In this document: one piece after another, positions 37,963 to 51,199 of the stretch
How the letters are laid out: each line of letters opens with the position of its first letter
Position numbering within the stretch: position 1 is the stretch's first letter
Source of the DNA: Camelus dromedarius
Lineage: Eukaryota
Assembly (NCBI RefSeq): GCF_036321535.1
Contig: NC_087437.1
Location: 41,294,001 to 41,358,000, forward strand
Direction: 5' to 3'
DNA: 64,000 bases
The notes under the pieces: model-generated
Database searches by the model: none
Told to the model about the DNA's origin: nothing
Seen by the model: only the letters and a program-made list of their open reading frames with translations
Translations under genes and position numbers: made by a program

Positions 37963-39335
37963 CTGCAAAAAAAAAGAGAATAAACATCCAGCGTTTTGAT
38001 ATCTGAGTCACATGGATGAAAGGCTGCCCATGCTGTGATTTTTAAAGCTGACAGAAAAATTCATTTTCATACCAAGTCCCCCTCATGCCATTTGGCTATT
38101 AAATTATTCAAGGAATTTCTCTGCTTATAAAGATTAATAATATCAACCAGAGCCATTTCTGAAAAGAACTTTCCCCTCCTGTAGAAGACAGATGGACTAC
38201 GGGAAAACAGCCTATCATATTACAGGCAGACAAAAAGATTTCAGATTACAGATTAACACACCAGGCAGGAAAAGAATGATATAAGTAGCAAGATATGAAA
38301 TAACTGACAAATGGAACCAAATATTCTTCAGAGCCATCATTTTGAAAATAAACATAATTTAGAGCCCACTATAATTCAATTTTACCTGTTTCGAGCTCCC
38401 AAACCCAGCTAATTAGCATAAATGTCAGTTCCAATTTAACCAAAGACTTTCAAAACCTAGTGAAACCTTATTAAAACACTTAGGTATCAGGGGACAAAGA
38501 CACCACCTGCTTTCATGTCCTTTTGTGTGTTAGTAAGAAATGTGTTCTAAAGCTCTGGGTATAGGCATTGGATCTACGGTATAATAGATGGTGGGATTTT
38601 ATTATACTTTCATGTTATTTTAATTATCAGCATCCCTTGAGAAGATATTCTTGCTCCTGCAAAATCTAAGCACTTCCTATTTATCACTTCTTTCACAGAT
38701 GAAGGGATTTCCCAACAGTTGTATTTTAGGAAGGGTGATATGAAAAGATTATAATGTCAATAAAAATCACAGATGAACTGTATTGGCAGGTTCACAGAAA
38801 AACAGGCAGTGTTTACTTCTTCATGAGCATTATTTTTAAAATTAAACAATTAACTAATTTTAATTCCCCAAATAATGCAAGAATCATTCTCATTTTCAAG
38901 TAAATAATTCAGAAAAAGGTCAAGTACTACCCCTTCGCCAATTCGGCTCTCAGTTCCCACGGGTAAACCACTGTTATCACTTTCAGACCTTTTACAAGCA
39001 TATAGGAAATTCATCATTTTTTTGTATGTGCTTTTTTAAAAAACTAGGATCATACTGTATTTTTCTACAAATCTCTTTCACCATCCCAAATGGCTCAGAA
39101 AATACATCAAGTGCAATCTGAACACTTGGTCCTTATACACACACATACGTGCGCACAGAGGCAAGCATGCATGCAGACTTGCAACGTGGTAAAAAAAAAA
39201 AAGCCCCTGAGAAAAAGCTCCTTTCACTCTCATTTCAGCAATTAGCTATGGAGGAAAGCCATAAGGCAGATAAAGTGAAAATGTTCCCTTTTCCCAACAA
39301 AGCTTTGACTTTGGTATCAGTTGTTTTCTTTAGTG

Positions 39336-39676
39336 CAGGGGTTGCCAAACCCTGGCCAGCAGGCCATATCCAGTCCACCACCTGTTTTTTGCAATAGCCA
39401 ATGAGTTAAAAATGTTTTCACATTATTAAATGTTTGGGGAAATTTTTTTTTAAGAATAGCATTTCATGACATGCTAAAGTTATATGAAACTCACATTTCA
39501 ACATATATAGATGCAGTCTGATTGAAACTCGGCCATGCTCATTCCTTTGCCTAATGTCTATGGCTGCTCCCATGCTACAAGGGCAGTAGTTGAGTAGGTA
39601 CAACAAAAATCCTATTTCCACAAAGCCTGAAGTATTTACTATTTGGATCTTTACCAAAAAAGCCTGCCAACCTCTG
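39336..39676. mobile_element. hAT-Charlie MITE, MER58B-like, apparently full length
   Basis: Termini caggggttgccaaac / gcctgccaacctctg. 8-bp flanks CTTTAGTG / TTTTAGTA (hAT-type TSD). Confidence 0.92.
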
Positions 39677-39930
39677 TTTTAGTACATGAGATTGATTTTC
39701 CCAATGCCTTACTTACGAAAGATTTTTTTTTTTATATGCCATGTGGACACTCTTTCAGTGAGTAAAGATGACCACAAGTCAGATGAGAGGCAGAAGTAGA
39801 AAATGGTCTCTTAACCCAACAAATAGGTAATTTACACATGGACAGAGTTCTGGCTTCTCTTTCAGGACCTGCTGAAACTTGATTGATCCCAAAACATTTA
39901 CATACTTATAATCTGCTAACTTTATAAAAA

Positions 39931-40037
39931 ATTTATTTTATTTATTTTTAATGGAGGTACCGGGGATTGAACCCAGGACCTCACGTATGCTAAGCACGCG
40001 CTCTATCTACCACTGAGCTGTACCCACCAACTTCCCC
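39931..40037 (-). mobile_element. tRNA-derived SINE, Vic-1-like
   Basis: Reverse complement: gggtacagctcagtggtagatagagcgcgtgcttagcatacgtgaggtcctgggttcaatccccggtacctccattaaaaataaa. Confidence 0.92.
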
Positions 40038-40084
40038 AATCCACTATTAAAGTTAGGGTGCCATGGATTACCTTGCTCTAAAGT

Positions 40085-40220
40085 CTAATTCATTCGTCTT
40101 TCTGTTGAGCAGGTCAACAGAAAGACTTTTCTGTGTTCCAAGTCAGTCCTGAGCACTGATGATTCCAAAATCAACAAGATGGGCATTAACTCTGCCCTCA
40201 GGGACTCGGAGTCCAAAATC
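40085..40220 (-). mobile_element. L2 3' fragment
   Basis: 'attcattc...ctgtgttccaagtcagtcctgagcactgatgattccaaaatcaacaagatg...ctgccctcagggactc'. Confidence 0.7.
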
Positions 40221-41809
40221 TTCATTACAATTCTCAGAAATTACAAAAGTATAGATTGGAGGACTGAACACACTGAGAGGTAGAATTAGAAACGATTTGC
40301 AAGAATCTCAGTATCATCAGATGGAAAACTCTTGAAATAGTGTGGAGTTGCTGTCTACTCCCAAAATCAAGTAGCAGTGAGAAAACTGCCACCACCTCAC
40401 TATCTCTGCGTTCTCACACTCTGTTCTTTACAAGCTACAATTTAGAGCAAAAGGAGCATTTGAGCTTGTGATGGGATCGCAGTCTAATTTATGGCTAATG
40501 TCAAAGTGTGAGTGCTGTGCACCATCAACAGATTGTGAGTTCAAATTTCTTTTCTTTTTTTGTTTTTTTAAGTATATCTAATCTAATGTGGTTTTGGGGT
40601 AACCAAAACCAAGACCCATCCATGGAAAACAGAAATGAGACTACTACACATGTAGCAACCATCCAATGGCAATTAAAAGGTAAAAGCAAAAACACCACCT
40701 TGCCTAATTTCATAACGTAATCCCAGCAAACAGTGATGGTGACAGCTGGTTACTCCCACATAGAATTCCACCCAGATAACAAAGGCTCTATGTCCAAATA
40801 AAATAAATCAACATTATTGTTTTTATACACCTGAAAATCCCATACACACAAAGTGAAAGGGAAGGAGAGGAACTGGAAAAAAAAAAATAACTTCAGCAAT
40901 ATTCCCGCAGTCCTGACTTTGGGAGGAGTTTGGGTGAGGCTCTAGTACCTTTAAGGTCCTGCGCCTTTAAGGCTTGAATTCTTTTGAGTAACTGAACTTC
41001 GGGGACATTCAAATTGGGTCAGAGTCTCTCACTCTTCCAGGCTTCCTTAATGTCCTATGTTCCTGTTGACTTCATAGAGAGCTAAGCAAGCATAAAAAGT
41101 CTCTAGAGAGAAGCAGCAACTGGAATCTAGGACAGAAAGAACAAGATGACTTTACATGGCTGCTACTAGGTCTCTGTTTTCTCTCAGAAGGCTGAGAGCC
41201 CTGTTCAGCGAGTCGAATCTGACACTGTCTGCACTGGTTCTCTCATTAGGGCCTGAGCTGGTGGGGGTCAGGTGTTCTATTCATCTAATTGATGGTAATT
41301 AGATGGGCCACCTTCACCTACACAAAGACTCGGTTTGAGAGTTAGAGAGGTTCTGTGATTCACCAAAGATAAAAATCATACAAGAGAACTGGAGTTGGCT
41401 AAGCTTTCAGAAACACCAGGCTTTCTGACCACAACTATCCAGACAGCACCTAGCTCCAAAATGGAAAGATTAACCTAATCTTCAGGGTGAGATCAGTTTG
41501 TTAAAGGGAAGAACTCAGATTGACTGGTGCTATTTCTAAAAGATCAGCCTTTCTCTGCAAACAGGGCAGAGACCAGGAAGAAGAACGCCAAGAGAGGAGA
41601 AAGGACAGGTTGCCCCCATCAGAGCGGCAATGATAAAGTAACAGTGGCTTAAATAACAAAGAGTCCAAAAGCAAAATGCTTCTGCTGACTGGGAGCTGTA
41701 TCTAGGGATTAGTAAGACACTCTGGACATCTTAGTGGCCTCCAAGTACTTCTTTGCCAAAAGTCACATGAGTTATGGTTAAAAGAAAAATTTAACAAGTA
41801 ATACTTCTA

Positions 41810-42082
41810 GAGACCCAGGCAAATTTAAATTTCAGATAAACTAATTTCTTAGTATAAGTATGTCCCATAACTAAGCATGTAATGTTGGATATACTTACAC
41901 TAAAAAAAATTAGTTGCTCACCTAAATTCAAATGTTCACATTCATTCTATATTTTAGTAGGCAATTTATTCAATATTTCATACATATTGGTTATGGGATA
42001 TACTTACACTCAAATGTTATTCTTTATCTATCTGAAATTAAAATTTAACTGTGTGTCCTGTATTTTATTTGGCAACTTTAGT
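41810..42082. mobile_element. MER53-like hAT MITE, with duplicated internal part
   Basis: 'aaatttaaatttcagataaac...ttagtataagtatgtccca...tgggatatacttacact...tatctgaaattaaaatttaactgtgtgtcctgtattttatttggcaac'. Confidence 0.85.
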
Positions 42083-42909
42083 TGTGGCCAATAAAAACAA
42101 CCAAAGTCAGTGACCTTTTAAGGATTCACAGAAGCAGATGACAGTTCTCTAACATACTACGAGACCACTTTGGAAGGGGCTTATTTTGGGGTTTGATTCA
42201 TTCATTAGTTGCTATTTTCAGAAGGGCCAGGAGGTCGGGCATTTTTATTTTAAATCTGCTTCCACTGCCTGTACGGAGAAGAAACAAACCTTGCTGATGT
42301 CAGGGACTTGTGCCAGAAAACTATTCCCAGAGCCCTACAGGGCTGGGTCTACTCTGTTCCCAAGCCTCAACTCCTCCATCCTCTAGACATCATAATCATT
42401 TCTTAGGGTCCCCCTGGGTTTAATCTGTCTAGTGTTGTTCATCTAAGATGGCATTTTACAGGGTGGGAGAGAGGAGAGTTGGAAATGTTTCCAATAAATA
42501 GGTTAGAATTACACATTTCAGGGCCCTAACAAGCCATCGTGCCCAGAGTTTTGGATAGACAAAGAGGAGAGTGACCAAAAGTAATCAGTAAAAACAAGAG
42601 GAAAATTACAAAGGTGTTTTGAATCAATCTTTGCTTTTAAAATGCTTTTAAACTTTGTTAGCCTCTTTCTTCTGCTTTATTATGTACTGTACATGAAAAA
42701 ATAATTGGTAATCTTATTAGGCACTTGAACTGCCTCAAGGTACCTTTCTAGACCTTGAGCCTCACTACCGAGTACTGTAGCAGTTTCCCTAACAAGTGTC
42801 CTGAAAGGCTTATGTCCATGTCTTTCTCCCACAGGAAAAATAATTCCCAGACTCCCTAATTACTTACTTAGATTTAGATAAAACTATAATCAGCAGGTAA
42901 AAATCTACG

Positions 42910-43085
42910 CCAGTGATTCTCAAACACTGATGTGCATTCAAATCAGCCAGAGGGCTGTCAAAACACAGATTGCGGCCCTCTACACCCAGAATGTCTAATT
43001 CTAGGCCTAAGAATGTGTATTTCTTAGACGTTCCCAAGTGATGTTGAGGCTTCTGGTTCAGACCATCCTTTGAGAAACCCTGGTC
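42910..43085. mobile_element. MER5A-like MITE
   Basis: 'cagtgattctcaaacactgatgtgcattcaaatcagccagagggctgtcaaaacacagattg...gttcccaagtgatgttgagg...tttgagaaaccctg'. Confidence 0.88.
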
Positions 43086-43639
43086 TGTGCAATTACAGGT
43101 AATGATATTGTTTAATTCATTAGTTCATATTGAGTACTTAACATTTGTCACACATAGAAGCAAACCATCTCTGCCCTTGAACGTGCCCTTCCTAGGATTC
43201 ATATCTGTTCTTGCTTGTATTTTTAGACTATCTAGAAAGTCCCCAACTCACAAACACCATACTTAGAATCATCCACTCCTACAGGATGTCTGCTCTGGCC
43301 TGTAAACATCTCTGCTGCCAAAAACACAAGAAGCATTATAAAAATGATAAATTTTTACAGAATCTTTGGTAAAGGAAGGAAAGAAGCTATACTATCCCTG
43401 GGATGAGACTCCTACTTTAAGACTGAAATGATTTCTAGGATGGTTGGGGTTGGGAGGAGGAGGTCCTGTTATGCAATTATATCTCAGTGTGATTTAGTTT
43501 AACCAAGTTGGGCTCTTCCTCATGCTACACTGAACTAGAGTTGAGGGCAGAGAGGTTACTAATCTGGAGCACGGATTGGAGTGTCCAGCAGACCTGGGTG
43601 TAAAAACACTGGGAACCTGCAGAAAATTGCAGCAGGAAG

Positions 43640-44035
43640 AGGACTATGGATTATGACTACAGATCGACGCTATATGTGTGTACTATTTCTCTTGATGCCC
43701 GAGCACATAAGCTACCTTTCCTGGCCCCTTGCATCTAGGAGGGGTCAAGTTTTGCTTAACAGAATATGAATGGAAGGGCTAGACAGTTCCAGACCTGGTC
43801 CCTAAAATGACCCACAAGGATGAACACACTCTCTCTTCAGTTGTCTCTGCAGGAGGTCCTAGTAGACATTGTGACTGGATGAAAAGTGACAGTATGCATT
43901 GTTTGGAGGAGAACCACTCATCAGAACACTGATCCTGGCCTTTGCAAGAGCAAGAAGTAGACTTTAGAGCATTAAGGCACTGGGATTTGGGGGTTGTCAC
44001 TGCAGCATAGCTAAGCCTTCCCTAACTAATACAAC
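43640..44035 (+). mobile_element. MaLR solo LTR, MLT1J-like
   Basis: 'tttcctggccccttgcatctaggaggggtcaagt...gagcaagaagtagactttagagcattaaggcactgggatttgggggttgtcactgcagcatagctaagccttccctaactaataca'. Confidence 0.85.
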
Positions 44036-44829
44036 TACATAAAAGAAGGTGCGATAATAGCCCCTTCGTCATCTGAGCCAAACCAGACTGATAGCCCACT
44101 CTGTTCTGCTGTACAACATAGAACCTACATTGTCTTTACCACGGTCAGTGGGTCTCAAACTTGACTCATTAAGGAAGTCACTTGTTTGGAAAAAGAATCC
44201 ATTCTCACTGAATCACAATCTCTAAGACTGAGGCCAGGCCACACAGCAGACTTGCCTTCCTGGGGCTACAGTGAAAAGTCCCTTTCAAAGGGCCATTGGC
44301 CCCTATCCAGAGACTGGGTAATGTTTCTTCAGGGGCATAGTTTAGGACATTTTGGTGGGGTTACTCATCTTTACCAAAGTATTTTGAAGTGAGAATTTTA
44401 AATTATGTATTGGCAAGAATCAAATATTTAATGTAATGGGTTTAATTAATTTAAAAGCTTCTCTTTCAAGATGATGCAACAATTGGCATCAGGCCTGAAA
44501 TGCCTGAAATACCTACCAGTGAGAAAGATTTAAATGCTCAAGTAAAACGATTTGCATTTTATGGGTTGTGAGGGGAATATTTAAATATGTAAACAGGATT
44601 GACTCCTCACCCTCTCCAGCTTGGGCATAGCTTCTGTTCGTCTTTCACCATCTCCTTCAAAGGAGTTACTTTGCTCCTTGAGGACGGAGGCAGTCACAGG
44701 ATGGACTTGGGCTGTCACAGGAAGTCACCGAGGAAGCCCAGCCTGAGGGTCGTCTCTCAGCCAGAGCAGAAGAGCCCCATTTGAGCTGCCTGAGACTGCC
44801 ACTTCCCTGTTGATTCTCAATACAACACT

Positions 44830-44976
44830 ACCACTCTACCTCAGGGCCTTTGCACTTGCTACTTCTGCTATAGTCTTCCTCCAGATAGCTGAAAGACTTG
44901 CTCCTTCACCTCCCTTATTTATATGCTCAAATGCTACACTATTGTTGAGATCTTCAGTGGAGCAAGAACCCCTCAC

Positions 44977-45026
<50 letters not shown>

Positions 45027-45200
45027 CTCCTTATGCCATATTAAACTTTTCTCTATAACAATTTTGCCATCTGACATGTTAAATATTACTTGTCTATTTG
45101 TATATTGTCTATTTCCGTCACTCACATGAGTTCTATATACCCCTAGGGCTTAGAACCTGACACATAAATGGGTGTTAAATAAATATCTTAAATGAATAAA
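44830..45200 (+). mobile_element. L2 3' region containing a (CA)n
   Basis: 'cctcagggcctttgcacttgct...ttgtatattgtctatttcc...taaataaatatcttaaatgaataaat'. Confidence 0.85.
44980..45023. repeat. (AC)22 microsatellite
   Basis: Counted directly. Confidence 0.98.
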
Positions 45201-46119
45201 TGGCCAATCCCATCTTCTCAAAGATTAGTGAATTTAAGTAATCTGAGTACTTGGGGGCCCTTAAATAAAAGATGAGTATGGACTGGGCCCTGATATCTTT
45301 ATACTAATAAGAGGGTTTTCTTATGACAGGACTGGACAGTTTTCATTTCATACTGCCTGGTGTTTTGCCCCATTCTGGGCAAATCTGCCACAGAAGTAAA
45401 GCTGCTGTAAAGGAGTTGCCCTGAAAATGTTTAATTTCTCATGTCCAGAAAAATATATTTGAACTGAATACTTTCTGAGTTTTGTTTGCAAATTTGTATT
45501 TTTAAATGCCATGTATATAGGAAGCCTGCAGCTTGCAGATAAGCTGTATTCTAAAAACATGTAACTCAGGCCTGCTCCCCTTCAAAGGGCTGTTATAAAG
45601 TGGTATGGTGGCCAAGCCCCACCAGAGGCATGGCTACTGAAGCAAGCCCACCCCTGCCCAGTCATGGTCATGTCACATGGGAAAACATGACTTGGACAGG
45701 AAAAGGAGGTTAACAGAGTCCCCCTTCTCCCGCTGTCTCAGCCCAGGACCGGCTGTAAAACCAAAAGGTAGCAGTCTAGGTTTGTCTTCAGTGTCCTACC
45801 AGGCTCTTTCTAATCTCTTCCTGAGGCCAGAGTATCAACTTCTGCTGGGAACCTAGTCCCTACTCTGCAAGAGAGACCTCCTCTTCAACCAGTGTCTCAG
45901 GGGGAGAAAGAGGAACCCTTAAAGACCACTTTAAAATGTGTTCGAAATAAGAGAGTTAGAAGAAAAACACACTCTGCAATTATTTGCCCATGAAAATCAT
46001 GATACTTAAGCCAAAAAATATTTTCCTGTAATAAAATAATATAAGGGCATGAACTCAAAAAGATTAATTTTCCATTTCATTTCCATTTATACTGAGCACA
46101 TTTTATGCTAAACTCAAGT

Positions 46120-46340
46120 TGCTGTAGTGAGATCAAGCCCCTGGACTATGAAGACAGAGGGGTTTGAGTCCCTGCTCTGCTATTTCCTAGCTTTGCGACC
46201 TTGGACAAGCACCTTAATTTTTTTGAGACTCATCAGTAAAACGGCAAGAAAATGGAAATCATCTCTCTGGACCTTTGTAAGAGTTATATAATGCCTGGTC
46301 TGTACTAGAGCTCCATTCAAATAAACGTTAACTGTTATTG
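46120..46340 (+). mobile_element. MIR SINE
   Basis: 'gggtttgagtccctgctctgctatttcctagctttgcgaccttggacaagc'. Confidence 0.8.
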
Positions 46341-46469
46341 TCACTTCCAAAAATTATTTAATATTGAACATTTTTCATTGTTTTATGAGGCATTAATTTT
46401 CCCTCTGTTTATTTCTCACTAATATATTTTAAATATTAAAAACATTTTAAATAAAGAGAATGTAGTTGA

Positions 46470-46655
46470 AAACATCAGGACTTCTGGACAGAGAAACATG
46501 TCCAATTTTCAGATCTTTTACTGATGAACTGTGTGTCCTTGGGCCATTCAGTTCCCTGATAGATAAAATGAGGATAAAAATTCCAACTTCAGGGTTGATG
46601 TGAGGGTGAGAAACAAAAAAGAAAAAACCCCTCACACATAGTAGGCGCCACTGAT
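46470..46655 (+). mobile_element. MIR SINE (degenerate)
   Basis: 'actgtgtgtccttgggcc...tcagttccctgatagataaaatgaggataaaaattccaacttcagggttgatgtgaggg'. Confidence 0.75.
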
Positions 46656-48979
46656 ACTCTGAAGGAGTAGATGGCAAAATAAAGAAAATAAGAGAATCAA
46701 TGCTGTTTTATTTAGGCCAGTCATTAGCTAACAATCAGCCACTGTGAATGAAAAAAGATCTAGTAAAGTCAATAAAATGTGAAGTGAGGCCTAATTCATT
46801 TTTACAATATGACCTACTTTTAGCTATTTTTGATTCACATGAACGACCAAAGTTACAAGGAGCTGATTCTGCAAAGACTGTTCATTAAAAGCATTTTCTT
46901 TTCTTTTCTTGTCTTTATGGCTTTCAGCTTTGAGGGATAAGAAAACAGATTTTCAGTTATAAGCATCCTTTGAAAGACCCCTGGCACTAATCTTGCAGTG
47001 TGACTTTCAAAATCTATGCGGTGTCGAAGGTTGCAGATGGGGGAGGGGAGGGGAGACTTGAAAAGTGGTTTTTAATTCCACTCAAGAATGCAGCTTCCAT
47101 TAGGCGGTTCTGAACGCCCGAAAAAGATGATTCAGATCTTAGCATTTGAAGGTTTGCCAAAATAAAATTCCGAAAGATCTTTCCTAAGAAGTACCAGTAG
47201 ATACACCTAGGTTTATGTTCGGTGGAGAGAGTTTAGCTGTGCTGGTTTTCCATTTGGGACACAAATGTGCTTTTTAGATACTGACCCCAAATCACTTAAG
47301 GGCCATTGAATCTTAAGACAGCGAAACAGCTGAAGGAAAAAATATTTTCAGCTGCTTTGGAGTATCTTTATAAAGTACCATTGTCTCTTCTTTCATAGAC
47401 TACAGTATTCTTTAACCAATTTAATCTACCTACTAACAAAGATGGAATAAGAAAAGCTCGTTTTCCCACAGGGCTAAACAAGGATTAATGACAGCCAAGC
47501 AAATTGTTCCTTAATTTTCTTTTCTTCTGCCTCTCCGGCTGGCCTTCTAGAGATAGAGTGTATAGATTTTCCCTTAGTTAAGAATGCTAACGCAGAAGGC
47601 AGCAGTATGCCAGCAACAGAGTGGGGTTTTGGTGTTGTAGATTTTGTTTTTGGCATCCCAGGGATTCTGCCTTATAAACTGGAGGAGGGGTGGGGACATT
47701 TTATAATCGGGGTATTTTTAACCCACAGATGGGGAATGTGAGGGATAAAATCTTCGTGGGAGAATCTGATAAATGATCCTGACATTCCCACTATATTCTC
47801 CAAACCGAAGCCAAATGAGAACCACTGCTCTGTGCTTCAGACCTACCACCCCAATTACAGTGACGACAAACCAATTCATCACGACACTGTCTTCCAACCT
47901 TAGTAGACACCTGAGTTAAAACACCTGCAGGGCTCCTACCCAAAGAAAAGTAGATGGCAGGTGAGTAGGTAGGATGGGGCTGTTTGGCCTCATTTCAAAA
48001 TACAGGGACAAAAGACATCAATGGTCCTTTACAAAATAACAGAAAAACTCCAAGCTATGGAGGGGCCAGTTGTGACCAAATGTTTGAATTGAATAGTATT
48101 AAGTCTTTGAAACTATGACATGATAACAAGATTTTATGATCTTCTGAAACTGCTGTACATGTTCTAATGCGTGATTGAGAGAAAAGCACTAGGGACGGTT
48201 AATCAGGGTTCCCGAACCCTCCTGTGAACCAGCTCCTGTCCTTTCTGAGTGAAAAAAAAAGCTACCCCAGATCACGGCCTCTCCCTGGCCCTTTCCTAAA
48301 GAGCTTCCATTCAGAAACAACACGGAAAAGCAAACCTACTAAATACCAACTGCTGTAATTTCTTACTGTTTTCTCTGATGGCTTGACTTGCTAAAATGAC
48401 AGAGTTTATTATTTTTAGCTTTCAGCTTTGGTGAGCTGATCAGTCAAAACGAAGTATTAAAATAGCACCTACTTGGCAAATTCAATTTCAGATGACAGCA
48501 TCTTAAATTCATATCCATTAGAGACTCATATAAAACTGACTTTTATATGGCTGAGGAAGTTTGAGAAGAAATAATAAATACCTAGCTCAAAGAGGCAGGA
48601 TGAATAACTTCTTTTGTCTTAACTGTAAGTCTATTGTGGAATCCAATCCAACAGTAAGTCAACGATAACCAATAAATTCTTGTAAATCAGCTTAGGACAG
48701 ACAGCAAAGTTAAAGAGGGTCTCTGAATGTTCTAACCTCCCATCTGGTCTGTGTGAAGTGCTTGATCTCAGTCAGATGTCACATTGCAAGTAAGTAAACG
48801 GTAGCCTAAGTCAAACGTGCCTTTGATAAAGGTTGTAAATTTTTTTCCCTTAAAAATAAATGTCCTTTAAAATAAACCTAAATAATTATGTAGCTTGTGA
48901 TAATGTAAGCCATGGAGAGCTGTTTTTAATCACTTTAAAAATAACTTTCATTCTAATTTTATGAAGTAAAACCAGTTTG

Positions 48980-49475
48980 GGGAAACTGAGTAAGATATAC
49001 TGGAACTCTATACTATCTTTGCATCTTTTCTTTGAAAAAGAAAAGCTATTCTAAAATAAAAAGTTTATTTAAAAAAAAAACCAACACTTACTTTCTAAAA
49101 CTGTGGAATATTTGGGAAAATACAAAAAAAAAAGCCAGCTATAAAAATAGGTATATATATATATAACTATATCTAAATCTGTATGTATATGTAGTTTCAT
49201 ATCCTGTTCCCTTTGGATCAATATGGCATTTTCCCATGTCATTAAAAACTCCTCATAAACATTGTTTTAAAGGGTTATTTATCATAATATCATATGGCTA
49301 AGCCCAAAATTTATTTAACCATTCTCCTACTGTAAATCATTTAACTTGTTTACTATCTTTACCTATCGGAATTAGCTTTACAAGCAATACAGTTGTGCAT
49401 ATTTCTGATCACTTCTTTAGAGATGAATGTACATTTTTAGACATGGCCAAACTGCTTTCCAAAAAATTAACTTAT
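48980..49475. mobile_element. Old L1 fragments (plus-strand 3' end to about 49080; minus-strand piece about 49190-49470)
   Basis: 'ggaactctatactatctttgcatcttttc...ctattctaaaataaaaagttta' and 'atttatttaaccattctcctactgtaaatcatttaacttgttt'. Confidence 0.7.
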
Positions 49476-50789
49476 TCTTGAAGAGCATGCCATCACCCAG
49501 CCTCAGCTCCCCGCACGGCCGCATATGACAACCTTCCACCATAGCCGGAGACCTGCCAGTTTAACACGCTGTGGCTCTTCCTGGAAAGAGCCTCAGGACT
49601 GAGAATCTGCTGTGAGTCAGGGCTGCGAGAGCCAAAGAAAGGTGTGAGATGCACAAATGTCCCCAGGTAACCCTTCTGTCAGCCAAACCACCTCCTGATT
49701 CAGCTATGACCAAAAGCCAGGTGCATTTACCCGAACAAAACCCACTGAAATTGGAGTAAGGGGAAGGATGACTGAGATGAAGAAAGAGTTTACCAACTGT
49801 CAAGGTTATTCCCAGCAAAAGAAACACAGGCAGAGATACCTGGATATTGTCTGTGATGATACTGGAAAAACCTCAGCTGGGGGTAGGGCTATTTTTTCCC
49901 TAGGAGTTATTTGCAAATTTGAGGGCATTCTGCTGGACGGAACAACAGGAAAGCAATATTGGATGGGAGGGGGTGTAGTACTGGTAACCTGTGATATGCC
50001 GGTGAGTTCCGTAGAAGGAAGAATCGTTCAACACAGTGACGTTATTGAAGGCATTTTGTTTGACTATAAGGAGGGATGGGAGTTGGGAGGATGGAGTCTC
50101 TTTTTAACTTTAAATTCAAATTTAATCACTTGGGAATTTAACATAAAATTGGGCTTCTCTTTAAAAAAAAAAATCAAAAGATCTTTCAACACTGAGCTGA
50201 AATTCCCATGGCAACAACTGGCAGGAAATGAGTTGCCAAGCCCCCTCTGACCTGAGAAGACTGACCGGTTCTACTCATTAGAATTATCCACCATTCTGGC
50301 AAGCCCCATCCTCCTACAAGGTCTTTCAAAGGCTTCCTCAATTCTTTAGACTCGGGAAATTTTAGAAGGGCCTCGAGTAATGCCTGTCCCCCTTGCCCCC
50401 ATGCTCAGTTACAGGAGAGAGACAGCACAGGGAACTCCTCCTGCCAATGGGAGTTTTCACTCTGGAGCAGGCTGTCTCCTTTCCTTCCCCAGCTGACTGA
50501 GCTGGACCACCCAGATCTCCTCCTCCTGGAGTCTGAGAGCAAGTCTTCAAGCCCACAGCCTTGCTTCTTCCCCCACACCATCACCACTGTGACCACCAAC
50601 ACCACTCCCCAGATCACTCAAGCCTCAGTACCTCCTCCACAAAGAGTCCTCACCCCAAACTGGAGAGGAACTTCACAAGGCCCATCAGAAGCTCCAAACC
50701 AAAAAGCCTTAATTCAGCACAAGGCCAAGAAAAAAGAAGATGTAACTAGCATTAAGGATTCTGCCGAGGAAGTGGATCCTGCCAGATCT

Positions 50790-50995
50790 ACAACCTCTGG
50801 TCCAGACTTAGCTTTTACCTCTCGTTTGGCTTTGGCCTTGTCACTTAGTCCCTCTAAGTCCCAGTTTCCTCATCTGTCAAACGGGGATAATAAGACACCC
50901 TTTACAAGCTTGCCAGGAGGAGTAATGGGGTCGTGAATGTGAAAATGTCCTTCATGGGTCCTGGCGACTGTGAAATTAGTTAATAATATGCTTTT
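50790..50995 (+). mobile_element. MIR SINE
   Basis: 'gtcacttagtccctctaagtcccagtttcctcatctgtcaaacggggataataagac'. Confidence 0.85.
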
Positions 50996-51199
50996 ATTTT
51001 CTCTGCACCCAGGATAACGTGTCCCTGTCTGGACAGCTGCACCTGGGGGAATAAAATGTCAGTTGTCTTATCTGCCCCTGGGCACAGGATATTATTAGCT
51101 CCTTCCTGTAACTTCTGGTGGCAAATGGGTTCACCTCTTTTATCATTGTTTGTTCACTGATGTCTTGAGCAAAATGGTAACTTCAGGAAAATCAAAGAA

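Noticed and set aside
40096..40130. Intrinsic terminator (hairpin plus T run)
   Set aside because: Eukaryotic context inside an L2; kept only as a hairpin observation.
44810..45129. His/Thr- and Cys/Val-repeat ORFs (also the DRQT/CLSV ORFs at 51400-51867)
   Set aside because: Translations of (CA)n and (TGTC)n microsatellites.
49768..50250. Longest track ORF (160 aa)
   Set aside because: No recognisable domain and no convincing exon structure or promoter. It crosses a poly-A run and is compatible with a chance ORF in 64 kb.
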